Source: Octopus sinensis (lineage: Eukaryota). Taken from it: DNA of 57,357 nt. This document shows, piece after piece, positions 25,680 through 37,254 of this stretch (within the stretch, counting starts at the first letter, position 1; each line of letters opens with the position of its first letter). The stretch spans positions 1-57,357 of the forward strand of contig NW_021833606.1 in assembly GCF_006345805.1 (NCBI RefSeq), written 5' to 3'. The position numbers were made by a program, and so were the translations under genes. The notes beneath the pieces were generated by a model. The model saw only the letters and a list, made by a program, of their open reading frames with translations. It made no database searches and was not told the DNA's origin.

Positions 25680-25935
25680 AAGGGGTGAACTGGCTGAATC
25701 GTTAGCACGCTGGACGAAATGCTTAGCCGCAATTCGCTCGTCGTCACCACGTTCTGAGTTTAAATTCTGAGTTCAAATTTCATAGACCTCGAATGAATGA
25801 AAGGCAAAGTCGACCTTGCCTTTCATCCATTCGGAGTCTATGAAATAAATACCAATTGAGTACTGGGGTCGATGTGATCGACTGTCCCCTCCCCCAAAAT
25901 TTCAGGCCTTGTGCTTATAAAAGGAAGGATTATTA
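25680..25935 (+). mobile_element. Group C' SINE (C head and core, alternative tail)
   Basis: Tail ...GGCCTTGTGC...; related copies at about 4920-5110, 17921-18347 and 46425-46640. Confidence 0.75.
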
Positions 25936-25944
25936 AGGACTTCC

Positions 25945-26792
25945 CGGTCGGAAACTATCATGGATAATTTCCAGATATCCTTGGCCTGGCAGTACTTACC
26001 GGGGGTGGGGGAACGCTACCGGTTCGAGATAAACTCTACAGGCACGGATGTGCTGTCAAACGGATTTGACCGTGGTGTGCGCAGAGTGACGAAACCGTTC
26101 TGCACACCCTCGTTCATTCCGGGCATTGCTGACTTGAGGGGTTATGTTGAACAACTGCTGTCGCGTGTGGGACAGATACATCTGTCGGCCGAGTCTGTAG
26201 TGATGATGGGACCGTCGCCCTCCTTCAATCGGGCAGGAAAGGCAATTTTCCTTTGCCCTGGTGGCTGTGGCAAAAGAGGTTGTTTGTTGGACAAGGCTGA
26301 AAGGCATGAAGACAGATATATTCCTCTTTGGTTGAGGTCTCATTGACTTTTTCAAGTTTCACTTGAAAAGGAAATTGAGGGTGGAGAGAAAAATGCTCTC
26401 CTCGGGTGAGTTTATTGAAAGGTGTGGGGGGGGGGGGGGAAGATGCGAAAATGGCAAGAGTGGATGGTACCTCTCTAAGTGTAGACCTGTGAGTCAGAGA
26501 GAAGGAACTGGAGAGAGCACTTGCTCCGAGGGTTTCAGGGAAATCTCGGACAGTGGGGTTCCTCGATTATCCCTGGAAGCGTCCCTGTATCAGGCGGGCA
26601 ACACTCTATCATCCTCCCCGCCATTTTCTTTGCCTTTGTATGCTATGCATATGTCCCTTCTTTTTCAGTGTATACCGTGTATACTTACCTTCTTTTTAAT
26701 CATTTCATTATTATATGTAAACCCCTCGCCACTTTATGACTGTCTCTGTATTGTCCCCTCATCCTTCGCCCTTGTGGCAAATAAATGAAATC
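25945..26792 (+). mobile_element. 5'-truncated Tx1/L1-type LINE (zf-RVT region, C-terminus, 3' UTR)
   Basis: Frameshifted MDNFQISLAWQ / LPVRDKLYRHG...*PWCAQSDETVLH / YVEQLLSRVG / HLKRKLRVER; ends AATAAATGAAATC before an (ATT)n tract. Confidence 0.8.
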
Positions 26793-26869
26793 AATATTAT
26801 TATTATTATCATTATTATTATTATTATTATTATTATAATTATTATCATTATAATAATTATTATTATTAT

Positions 26870-27850
26870 TACATTGTTGTTTGTCGTAAGCAGTTACATT
26901 TCACAGAGTAAATTATAATGTAATTTCCTTAAATTTCTATTTTACTCTACCACCAGTATTGAGTTTTTCGCTCTTACTGTTCGTACTTTAGTCAAACAAC
27001 AACAGATACTATATTATCGTCCATTTTGCAGGGGTCATAATCAAATGACCCACAATCCTATCATTCCATTAGTTGGCTCAATTTTCTTTCGTGAGTAATT
27101 TTTTGCTTTCATCTTCTCAATGTTCGAGCCCTTCTTTAGGATCTTTACCATTCCTAACAATGTAATTTTTTTTTAATAGTTGCCGGCCAAATTTCAGTCC
27201 CAATCTTCTCCAAACATGATTTCATTTTCCCCGCTACTGGTGTCACAATTCCACCTTTTCCTTCATACCCCATACCCGTCAGATCTTGGTATTTTTCAGT
27301 CTTTCACTAGGTGCCTTTCTATAAAGAGAAAAGTCCGATGGCTAGCCGCTGCTGAGCTGCAAACTAGGACTTGATCAACCCCACTAAGGTCAATTGGGCG
27401 CGAGGGTCTGATGAAAGTACTTCTGCGACACGAATCTTAAAATTCACCGATGAATGCTTATTAATTATTTTGCAGTGTCTTTCCTTTTATATTGACGATA
27501 ACAATGTCTGGTATTTTGTTTTAGTAATTTTATTACATTGAATATTGAAACACCGAAACTCATTTTCTTATCTTCCTTCCACTACTTTAAGATCATGTCT
27601 GTACCTCCTGTTAGATTTCTCCAAATTAAATTTTTTCCAATGCGTGCAATTTTGTTGTACTTCTTTTTGAAAGCTCTTAACGCAATCGACTTTACTACTT
27701 TCACTTATTATGTCACTGATGTTTTCACCTTTTTCATCACAACACCTACCTAAGGGTGATTCAACATTCTTATCGACGGGACATTCCACACAATTTGTAA
27801 ACAAACGTTTGTTCAACTGCTACACGGATCAACACTTCAGTTCCAACCTT
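26870..27850 (-). mobile_element. R4/Dong-type non-LTR remnant (zinc knuckle plus restriction-like endonuclease) ending in (TAA)n
   Basis: SPLGRCCDEKGENISDIISESSK, HWKKFNLEKS, FNIQC, PDIVIVN, EKYQDL, LEKIGTEI, LLGMVKILKK in the expected order. Confidence 0.75.
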
Positions 27851-27904
27851 TAAATCTGATTTGAACATCCACTTTCATGCCCTTTGTTTATTCATACCTT
27901 TGCT

Positions 27905-27998
27905 TATACAAAGGAGTGCTGAAAAGTTCCTGGCTCTGGGTAAAAGAAAATACAAGAGGATCAGTTAATTTTGATTTTATTCAACATATTCCCCTCTG
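27905..27998. mobile_element. Possible mariner-type terminal fragment
   Basis: TA-CAAAGGAGTGCTGAAAAGTTCCTGG resembles mariner TIRs; no partner end found. Confidence 0.35.
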
Positions 27999-28499
27999 AG
28001 GAATTTCAACCGTGTTTCGTGGTCTGCTAGGATCCAGTTAGCTAAAGACATCATCATGAGGAACCACGTCCTGTTTCGGCACCTACTCCTCTACCATTTT
28101 GACGTGGCATATGTATGTATGTAAGTGTGTGTGTGTGTTGTGTGTGTGTGTGGTGTGTGTGTGTGTGTGTGTGTGTGTGTATTTGTCTTCCTACCTCCGT
28201 TTGACAACCGGTGCTAATGTGGTTACATCCCCGTAATTCAGGATTCGGCAAAAGAGATCGATAGAATAAGTGCCAGGCTTAAGAAAAAAAGTCCTGGGGT
28301 CGATTCATTCGACTAAAAATTCTCCAAGGCGGTACCCCTGCGTGACCCCAGTCAAAGATAAAAGACGAAAGATTCTATACTTCATTATTGCCCATCTATT
28401 TCTATGTCTTTGCTAAATAAACGAAAAATTTAAATAAAAAAAAAATCTATCTTGTTTTCCTTTTGCTGGTCAGCTCAGAATATTTGATTTCAAATTATT

Positions 28500-28755
28500 T
28501 CTTTCCTCAACTATCTTTTGCCATATCAGCATCATCGGTGAGAATGCTCCAGGAAATGATCGCAAGACAGATTCTTCAATCAGAGTAAACCCAGCAGGAG
28601 ACCTAGAAGACGACCTCGAGCGAAATCGTTGGATAATATCCGCAGTTTCATTTGGTCACGCTTGAGAAATTCAGCAGGAATATTTAATCGCGGTTGCTTC
28701 ATGTAGAACCTTACGGAGGTGGTGCCTAACAAATCTACTTCCAAGACCTCTCTAC
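28500..28755 (+). mobile_element. RTE-type LINE 3' remnant
   Basis: RMLQEMIARQILQ then RRPRRRPRAKSLDNIR (decayed RPRGRP motif). Confidence 0.55.
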
Positions 28756-28757
28756 AA

Positions 28758-29143
28758 TGGAAGCACTCCGTCAGTTACGACGATGAGAGTTCCGGTTGAT
28801 CCGAATCAACGGAACAGTCTGCTCGTGAAATTAACGTGTAAGTGGCTGAGCACTCCACAGACACGTGCACCCTTAACGTAGTTCTCGGGGATATTCAGCG
28901 TGACACAGAGAGTGACAAGGCCGGTCCCTTGAAATACAAGTACAACAGAAACAGGAAGTAAGAGTGAGAGAAAGTTGTGGTGAAAGAGAACTGCAGGGAT
29001 CACCACCATCCCCTGCCGGAGCCTCGTCGAGCTTTTAGGTGTTTTCGCTCGATAAACACTCACAACGCCCGGTCTGGGAATCGAAACCGCGATCGTATGA
29101 CCGCGAGTCCGCTGCCCTAACCACTGGGCCATTGCGCCTCCAC
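28758..29143 (-). mobile_element. Group A SINE with TSD
   Basis: CTCTCTACAA duplicated on both flanks. Confidence 0.92.
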
Positions 29144-29429
29144 CTCTCTACAATAGTTGGTGGCGAAAAAAAAAAGGATGGATGGACGAACGAACAAAAA
29201 GGACGCGGTTTTATCACTCTGAATGACCACCTCTTCCCATTTGATCTTTTCCAAGTACCCCTCCTAAGATATCGATTCAATTTTATATGCGTGCATACTA
29301 CTTTCGATGAAACTTTTTATTTTAACTAATTTAAGAATTCCTCTATCTAGATTAGGGTGCCGTATTGTACGCTTTTACATAATCCGTAATAAAAAAAATA
29401 ATAAATGTGCCCTTTTAAACCCTAACCAG

Positions 29430-29645
29430 ACTCGTGGGCCCGGTTTCCCGGTTTCAATGGCGTATGTGTTCCCTACCTGGATGGGACGCCAGTCCATCGC
29501 AGTGTTACTCATTTTTGCCAGCTGAGTGGACTGGAGCAACGTGAAATGAAGTGCTTTGCTCAAGAAAACAACGCGTCGCCCGGTCCGGGAACTGAAACCA
29601 CAATCTTACGATCATGATGCTGACGCCCTAACCACTAAGCCACGC
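29430..29645 (-). mobile_element. Mosaic SINE: group E-like head and CORE with group B-like tail
   Basis: Head/CORE match 53770-53900; tail CTGCGATGGACTGGCGTCCC...GGAAACCGGG matches group B. Confidence 0.75.
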
Positions 29646-29773
29646 AATTCCTCACATAATCTGTACACTTCAATAAGTTCATATGTCTCCTTTGACCATC
29701 TTTTCTAACTGATTTATTATTTCTCTTTCTTATTTCTCTACTGTTTTTACATCCGTCCTTGTTCTTTATCAAA

Positions 29774-30167
29774 TACTAGCAGTATCGCCCGGCGTTGCTC
29801 GGGTTTGTTTCGACTCTTTAGAATTGGAATTTTTGAAAAGTAAAAATTTTGCATTATGTAGCTTGTTATTCTCTTTAAGTGAACATTTGTCTGGTTGAAA
29901 TACACCGAACAATGGCGACACAGCAGTGAAAAAAATCGTAAAAAATAGGAATTTTCACAGGAAAAAAGCATCTTTTTGATGTAAATAATTTTTGGTGTTA
30001 ACTTGGTCCGATTTGAATTTTTTCTTCTACGGAAGGAAGAGCAAGCCTTCTTCTATCATACTTTCAACTTTGGTCAACTTGCGCCGCAGGGTCTCGGAGG
30101 AGATAGTGTTAGTTGAAGGCTACCAAACCTGCCATACACAGACAACTTCAACTTTATATATATAGAG
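29774..30167 (+). mobile_element. Non-autonomous Helitron/Helentron-like element, about 390 bp
   Basis: Starts TACTAGC with CCCG...CGGG subterminal hairpin, ends CTTTATATATATAGAG; no TIR or TSD; second copy at 42570-42957. Confidence 0.6.
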
Positions 30168-30693
30168 ACTATATGTTATTCCTAAAAAAAAATACGTACT
30201 GTAATCTTTCCGGGTGGTAATTTCCGCTTAAGAGGTACCATATCGTACGCTTTTTTATAATCTATTCACGCCATCAATTTAATATATTTCCTTTCACAAT
30301 CTTTCAGCAGACATTTTTCTTTAAAAGAAAAGAAAAAAAGTCTTTCTGTGCTTTCTGTAATCATCCCAGAGAGTAATTTCTACATAAATGAAGGATTCTA
30401 TATTCGAAGAAAATGATCATTTGCATTTTCTTTCGTTGAGTCTCTCAAGCACAAAATGAATTTTCCAAATGTCATGGTAACGGCTCGATAATTTAAGATA
30501 CGGAAAGTAATTATAGATACACTGTGTCTAGTGTCTGCATATAAGATGAGATAAACTGAGATAATCCCTGATATATAGTTAACAAAAGAAAAGAAGAAAA
30601 AGATGGATGTTTAGTGCTGAAAGGATTTCATTATATTATAGGTTAGCTTATTCAGAACTGATATGCAGCTAGACAACAATAACAGCAACAACA

Positions 30694-31075
30694 GTGGAGG
30701 CGCAATGGCCCAGTGGTTAGGGCAGCGGACTCGCGGTCGGAGGATCGCGGTTTCGATTCCCAAACCGGGCGTTTTGTGTGTTTATTGAGCGAAAACACCT
30801 AAAGCTCCACGAGGCTCCGGCAGGGGGTGGTGGCGACATCTGTTGTACTCTTTCGCTCCAACTTTCTCTCACTCTTTTCTTCCTATTTCTTGTCCCCGAC
30901 TTCCTACGCAACCGCTGAGCCTGGACGAGCATTCATCCATCCGTCGATGCTCTCGGTGTCGGGGGTTGACCTACATTCTCTTCTGCGGGTCTTACGAATA
31001 GCAAAGGACCACGTTTTGGACTTCTTCCAAGAGGACGAAGACCGCTTCGCTCAACAGCAACAGCAACAACAACAA
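30694..31075 (+). mobile_element. Group A head and body with a third tail type, ending in (CAA)n
   Basis: Matches group A to about 30880, then an unrelated tail. Confidence 0.75.
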
Positions 31076-31212
31076 AAACAACTCCACTTGTTGTATTTCG
31101 CAACTAGCTCCTTACGTCCATAGAAAAAAGATGACACGAACTAAATAACCACTACATATGAAAGTTTACAGCTAAAACGCTATCTCCAACATAGCGAGCT
31201 TGCTCAAGTATG

Positions 31213-31889
31213 CATACATACATACATACATACATACATACATACATACATACATACACACACACACATATATACATACATGCATACATACATACATACA
31301 TGCATGCATACATACATCATACATACATACATACATACACACACATACATACATACATACATGCATACATACATACATACATACACACACATACATACAT
31401 ACTTATATACATACATACATACATACATACATGCATACATACACATACATACATACATACACACACATACATACATACATACATACATACTTATATACAT
31501 ACATACATACATACATACATGCCTGCATGCATGCATACATACATACATACATACATGCATGCATGCATACATACATACATACATACATACATACATGCAT
31601 ACATACATACATGCATACATACATACATACACACACATACATACATACATACATACATACATACTTATATACATACATAGATACATACATACATACATAC
31701 ATACATACATACATACATACATACATACATACATACATACATACATACATACATGCATGCATGCATGCATGCATGCATACATACATACATACATACATAC
31801 ATACATACATACATGCATGCATACATACATACATACATACATACATACATACATACATACATACATGCATACATACATACATACATACA

Positions 31890-31918
<29 letters not shown>
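31213..31918. repeat. (CATA)n microsatellite, about 700 bp
   Basis: Directly visible; resumes after 33328. Confidence 0.97.
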
Positions 31919-31920
<2 letters not shown>

Positions 31921-33328
31921 GGCCCACAATGTGCTTGCAGTGCCAAAGCTCATACCAATATTTGGGCTGCTTGATTGGACGCTTGATGAGATCCGAGTCA
32001 TTGATGGGAAAACCCGGAAGATACTAACCAACACACATACTTTCCACATAAGCAGTGGAGTAGACCGCCTGTGCCTTAAACGAAAACAAGGCGACAGAGG
32101 CTTAACATTGATCCAGACTGCCTTTGAATGACGAATCATATCCCTTTGGCAACGTCTATTAACCACCAAATGTGGAAATTCATCCCTTGACCAAGTTTGC
32201 TTAGCAACATAAGACTTGGAAAGCAGCTTCTTGAGCAGCATCCCTTGTCTGATAACCTTAAATACATGTCCAAAGAAGTCGTACAACTCTACTGCAACAT
32301 ATCATCAGATGAAAGGATGAGCGTATATTAGCAGAAGACCATGTATGGATATGTTAGTAAAGAGCTCCGAGATGATAGTTACATTGATCATCAAAGCAGT
32401 TTACCATGGACCAGCAACCTGATTACTACATCCCATTTTGAAGGGTATGCGTTTGCCATTCAGGAACTGGAAATATCAACCAAATACCTGATGTACAAAA
32501 GGGACAGAGATGCAGAAAAAGCAGCATAATGTGACAACCAATGCAAAGTTTGTTGAGTTAATACCGAAGATATCACCAACATCATAAGTAGCTGTCCGCA
32601 AAATTCATCACGGTATTACCTATCGATGAGACATGATGTCGTAGCTAGGACAGGAAAGATAACTCCGAGAGCAAAGAACTAAGAAGCCACAGTATGGTGG
32701 AAGTCATAGCCACTCATAATAAAAAGGAATACTGGTGGAATGTCCCAGTGAAAATCGCAATAGAATGTAAGCATAATAGACCTGACATAGTGATTTGGGA
32801 TTGAGAAGAGAAACTGTGTACATTTGTGGAAATCAACTGTGCAGGGGGTGTTAACATAAAGCTGAAGATCAGCGAAAAAGAAAATACCTACGCTGAACTA
32901 TTGAGAAATTTGCAGTTACTCTACCCAGATTACAAGTTAAGGTTTATACCTGTAATTATTGGAGCACTGGGATATGTGCTCCAATATCCAATGGAGCACT
33001 GCCTAAAAACCAATTAGACTTCTCAAAACCTGAAAGGGGAAAGCTAACTCGAAGACTACGGATCTAATCCATCACTGGAACTGTAAAAATCTGTAAAACT
33101 TTCCAGAAGTTTATCATTTAAGTATATATGAGCATGTCTAGATATGCAAGTATATGCATGAGATTACATACATACAACAAAACATACAAATCTGCACATA
33201 CACATACATACATAAATACAAAAATACCCCGTTGATGTTGAAATTCCAATGAAGGAGCCTTGGATCTGGGTTAGAAACCGGTCCTTACACTATTGGAAAG
33301 AAATCGTGAAATAAAGCTCAACAGTGAA
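31919..33328 (+). mobile_element. 5'-truncated R4/Dong-type non-LTR retrotransposon with stops and frameshifts
   Basis: AHNVLAVPKL...KTRKILT...VDRLCLKRKQGDRGL; FEGYAFAIQE; CKVC...IISSC...MRHDVVA; WWNVP...HNRPDIVIWD...VEINC (REL); IPVIIGALG; then 3' UTR. Confidence 0.88.
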
Positions 33329-33577
33329 ATACATATATACATACATACACACATTCATACATACATACATACACACATTTACATACATACATACATTCAT
33401 ACACACAGTCATACATACATACACACAGTCATACATACATACATACAAACATACATACACACATACAAGCATACATACAAACATACATACACATATATGT
33501 ATTTATGTGTGTGTATATATAAAATATATTATATATATATATATATATATAAAAATATATAAATAAAAATATATTTT

Positions 33578-33608
<31 letters not shown>

Positions 33609-33716
33609 GTATGTATGCATACATTTATGTACATATACATACAGATATTTATATATATATATATATATAACAATAAATAGACATACATGTAAATATACAT
33701 TATATGTATCTGTGTG

Positions 33717-33751
<35 letters not shown>

Positions 33752-33864
33752 CTGCGTGCGTGTGCACGCGCGCATGTATGTGAGATAAGAGAGATAGAGA
33801 TAATTAGCGTGTATCGGGAGGGGGGGTGAAAAGCGTTGCCAGAGAAAGAGAAAGAGAAAGAGAA

Positions 33865-33935
<71 letters not shown>

Positions 33936-33963
33936 AAGAAGGGAGAGAGAGTGAGAAGGGGGA

Positions 33964-34011
<48 letters not shown>

Positions 34012-34145
34012 GAAAGAATAATAGTGCGTTGGAGGACGAGGAAATAAAAGATTCAGTAAGCAACGGCTTATGTAACAAACACAGCGAGGGAGGGTGGAGA
34101 CAGTAGGAGGAGGAGGAGGAGGGAGGGAGGGGGAGGCAGTGAGTT

Positions 34146-34159
34146 GTTGTTATGACAAC
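34146..34159. promoter_or_regulatory. RFX X-box within a CpG-richer promoter-like island (about 34020-34400)
   Basis: GTTGTTATGACAAC fits GTHNYYATRRNAAC at all positions; flanked by GA/GGA tracts and CpG-rich unique sequence. Confidence 0.4.
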
Positions 34160-34410
34160 AAGTCTGCGCATTAAATTCTGGCGGCGAAACGAACACACAG
34201 ACACAACTTGGTTGTTTGCACTTATTTCTCGGTCTGTGTGTACCGCGTTGCGCCGCACGTGTTGCGGGTTGCGTGTTTGATGTTGATTCGTTTAGTATTT
34301 ATTTTAAATATTTTACAAACGGTAACAAAAGGCGTCGTTGACTACAGGTTTCCCAAAAGAGGGGCTAATAACTGGGGTCCACTACTGCATGTCTGTGATT
34401 TATTCGCAGG

Positions 34411-34496
<86 letters not shown>

Positions 34497-34545
34497 TAGT
34501 ATATATATATATATTATATATATATATATATATAATATATATATT

Positions 34546-34582
<37 letters not shown>

Positions 34583-34641
34583 TCATATATATATATATAT
34601 TATATACATATATATATTATATATATACATGTACATATATA

Positions 34642-34686
<45 letters not shown>

Positions 34687-34744
34687 GTACATATACATAT
34701 TCATACATATATATATATATAGATATATATACATGTACATATTC

Positions 34745-34779
<35 letters not shown>

Positions 34780-34814
34780 ATATACACATGTACATATACA
34801 TATTCATATACATA

Positions 34815-34883
<69 letters not shown>

Positions 34884-35240
34884 GACAGATCCAAACTCAT
34901 ATATTTGAGCGTGTCTGTATGTATGTATGTATGTATGTATGTATATATGTTTGCATGCAAACAAGTACTAGTTATTGGCCGATAAACAAATTAAGTGATA
35001 TAGGAGCCTAGAGTTTCGTGCCAAAGTACCTGTCAAACTTGTTGGACAAGTGCCTTGGCATGAAACTATAATAATAATAATAGTAGTAGTAGTAGTAGTA
35101 ATAATGATAATGATAATAATAATAATTGCATACATATATGTTTACACATGTAAATATGTACATCTGAGTGTGTATATATGCGCGTGAGTGTATAGACATG
35201 CATACACACCTATATACACATATATATTTACACACACACG

Positions 35241-35273
<33 letters not shown>

Positions 35274-35307
35274 GCACACACACACACACGCACACACACA
35301 CACACAC

Positions 35308-35343
<36 letters not shown>

Positions 35344-35384
35344 GCACGACAGTTAATAAATAATTACATCCCCCACCTATACTG

Positions 35385-36290
35385 AAAAGCAGACAGAGAA
35401 ATCGGTTTGAAGGCCGGGAAAATTTAAAGCATGGCTGTACCATCATAGAGTGTTGCCGAAACTCACGTGTGTTTCGAGAATGCTTCGGGTTAGGGTTACA
35501 AATGATAAAAAAAACGGAAAGGATGGCGAGAAAGATCAACTTGTACATCCGACGATGGACGAGAATTCCTACGGTCTTCACTTCAGTTTCAGAAAGTGTC
35601 TACATAAAATCAGGACCCCTCAAACTTCTGCCAACGTTAACAGAGAAACCCAAACAAAAAGGGAGTGAGGTGTAATGACATGCATAAGATCTGGTCATCA
35701 AATCTAAGTAGAGACTTCAAACTTGAAATCTTCAAAACCACAGTCGAACCAATTCTACTACATGGCTCAGAAACCTGGACGTTATCAAAGAAGCTTGAGA
35801 GGCGGTTGGATGGAACCTACACTCGCCTCCTTATGAGAGCTCAAAATCTCTCGTGGAAGCGCCATCCAACCAAAATGCAAATATATGGGAAACTACCACC
35901 TGTGTCATCTCTTGTGAAAGGTAGGAGAGTCCAGTTTGCTGGACATTGTTGTAGAGCTGAAAAAGAAGTAATTTCTACTATTCTCCTCTGGAAGCCATCT
36001 ACTCGCAGTACCAGAGGGCGCACACTCTCCTACCCTGATGTAATCTCCAGGGATACAGGCATCCAGCAACAGGACCTCCGTAATGCTATGATGGACCGTG
36101 AAGTTTGGCGTAACATAGTAAATTCCATTGTCTCGACCACGGTCGAACAATGATGATGATGATGTAATGTTGTTATGGTGTACAGAGGCACGCAGGATGT
36201 AGAGAATCCAGACATGAAGATGTTAGCATAAAATCGAGACTCAAATATGGAAACCCACATTTCAGTGGCCCAACTGAAAACCCACAGAAG
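35385..36290 (+). mobile_element. HERO (R2-group) retrotransposon remnant split by an RTE insertion
   Basis: PGKFKAWLYHHRVLPKL; RMARKINLYIRRWTRIPTVFTSV..YIKSGPL; resumes after 36163 as CNVVMVYRGTQD...ISVAQ. Confidence 0.7.
35671..36169 (+). mobile_element. 5'-truncated RTE-clade LINE with open C-terminal ORF, (TGA)n tail and 7-bp TSD
   Basis: VEPILLHGSETWTL...RRVQFAGHCCR...; tail TGATGATGATGA; TGTAATG at 35671-35677 and 36163-36169. Confidence 0.88.
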
Positions 36291-36814
36291 TTACATTACA
36301 TCACTGGTATTAACATGAACTGGACAACTTCGAAGATTTGCATCATTTCTTCTAGATCTGGCTTCATATCACTTTATCGAGCCTTTTGAACTAAATGATT
36401 ATTTATTTATTTGTTGGTTGGTTGGTTTGTTTTTATTTTTGTTCCGGTTCATGTGGTTGACAGCTTTTCTTGGCTTCTCTCATCAAGTTCATTGATACTA
36501 CTGTGGTTACCCTTGTTCGGTGTTTCTGTATCGTGTGTCAGACTTCCTTCACACACACACACCACACACACACACACACACAACACACACACCACACACA
36601 CACACACACACACAAACACACACACGTACACACGCACGCACGCACACACACACACATACACACAGACACACGTACACACGCACGCATACACACACACACA
36701 TACACAGACACACGTACACACGCACGTACACACACACACACATATATATCAAAAGGATGTGTTATAATACTATTCCACATATACAAAAACAGCCATAGCA
36801 ACAATCCATCATAC

Positions 36815-36878
36815 CTCCCATCATCAGCTGCCCCGCGGATATCATTATGGTTTCGACATCTGGGCAGTACCATTCAAT
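36815..36878 (-). CDS. Candidate 64-nt host exon, IEWYCPDVETIMISAGQLMMG
   Basis: tgttaacaccgccag|ATTGAA...GGAG|gtatga; open in phase 0 to 1; phase-compatible with 24799-24833. Confidence 0.45.
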
Positions 36879-37254
36879 CTGGCGGTGTTAACAGCACGAA
36901 AATAAGCGTTGTTTGGTAACAAACATACCAAAGAAACCACAACTTTCACACACATTTACCCTATGTTCAACATTATCGGTAAATAAATTCAATAAGTAAA
37001 TCAATAACACACACCTAAATATGTAACTAAACAGAAACCAAATCTTTATATCATACATTTTATTCTCTACATCCTTCCATAGTATAATATAAACGTGAAA
37101 GCTTTATAACCACGTGCATTCAATCTAAATAGACGCAGGATTAAACACTAACTGTAAATTTCAACTACAAAAAAAACAAAACAACATAAAACCCACATAA
37201 ATCTATGGTTATCTGTATCGGTATTAATAGTAAACCTACAGTACCTAAATTATA

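Noticed and set aside
27400-27460. CTGATGA as a hammerhead core
   Set aside because: No helix II followed by GAAA and no helix I partner. The same applies to CTGANGA hits at about 4699, 24781, 27995, 32304, 36821, 45406, 48218 and 53033.
31200-32286. ORFs of 275-360 aa (HTYI/MYVC repeats)
   Set aside because: Stop-free (CATA)n microsatellite; only the part after 31919 is retroelement coding.
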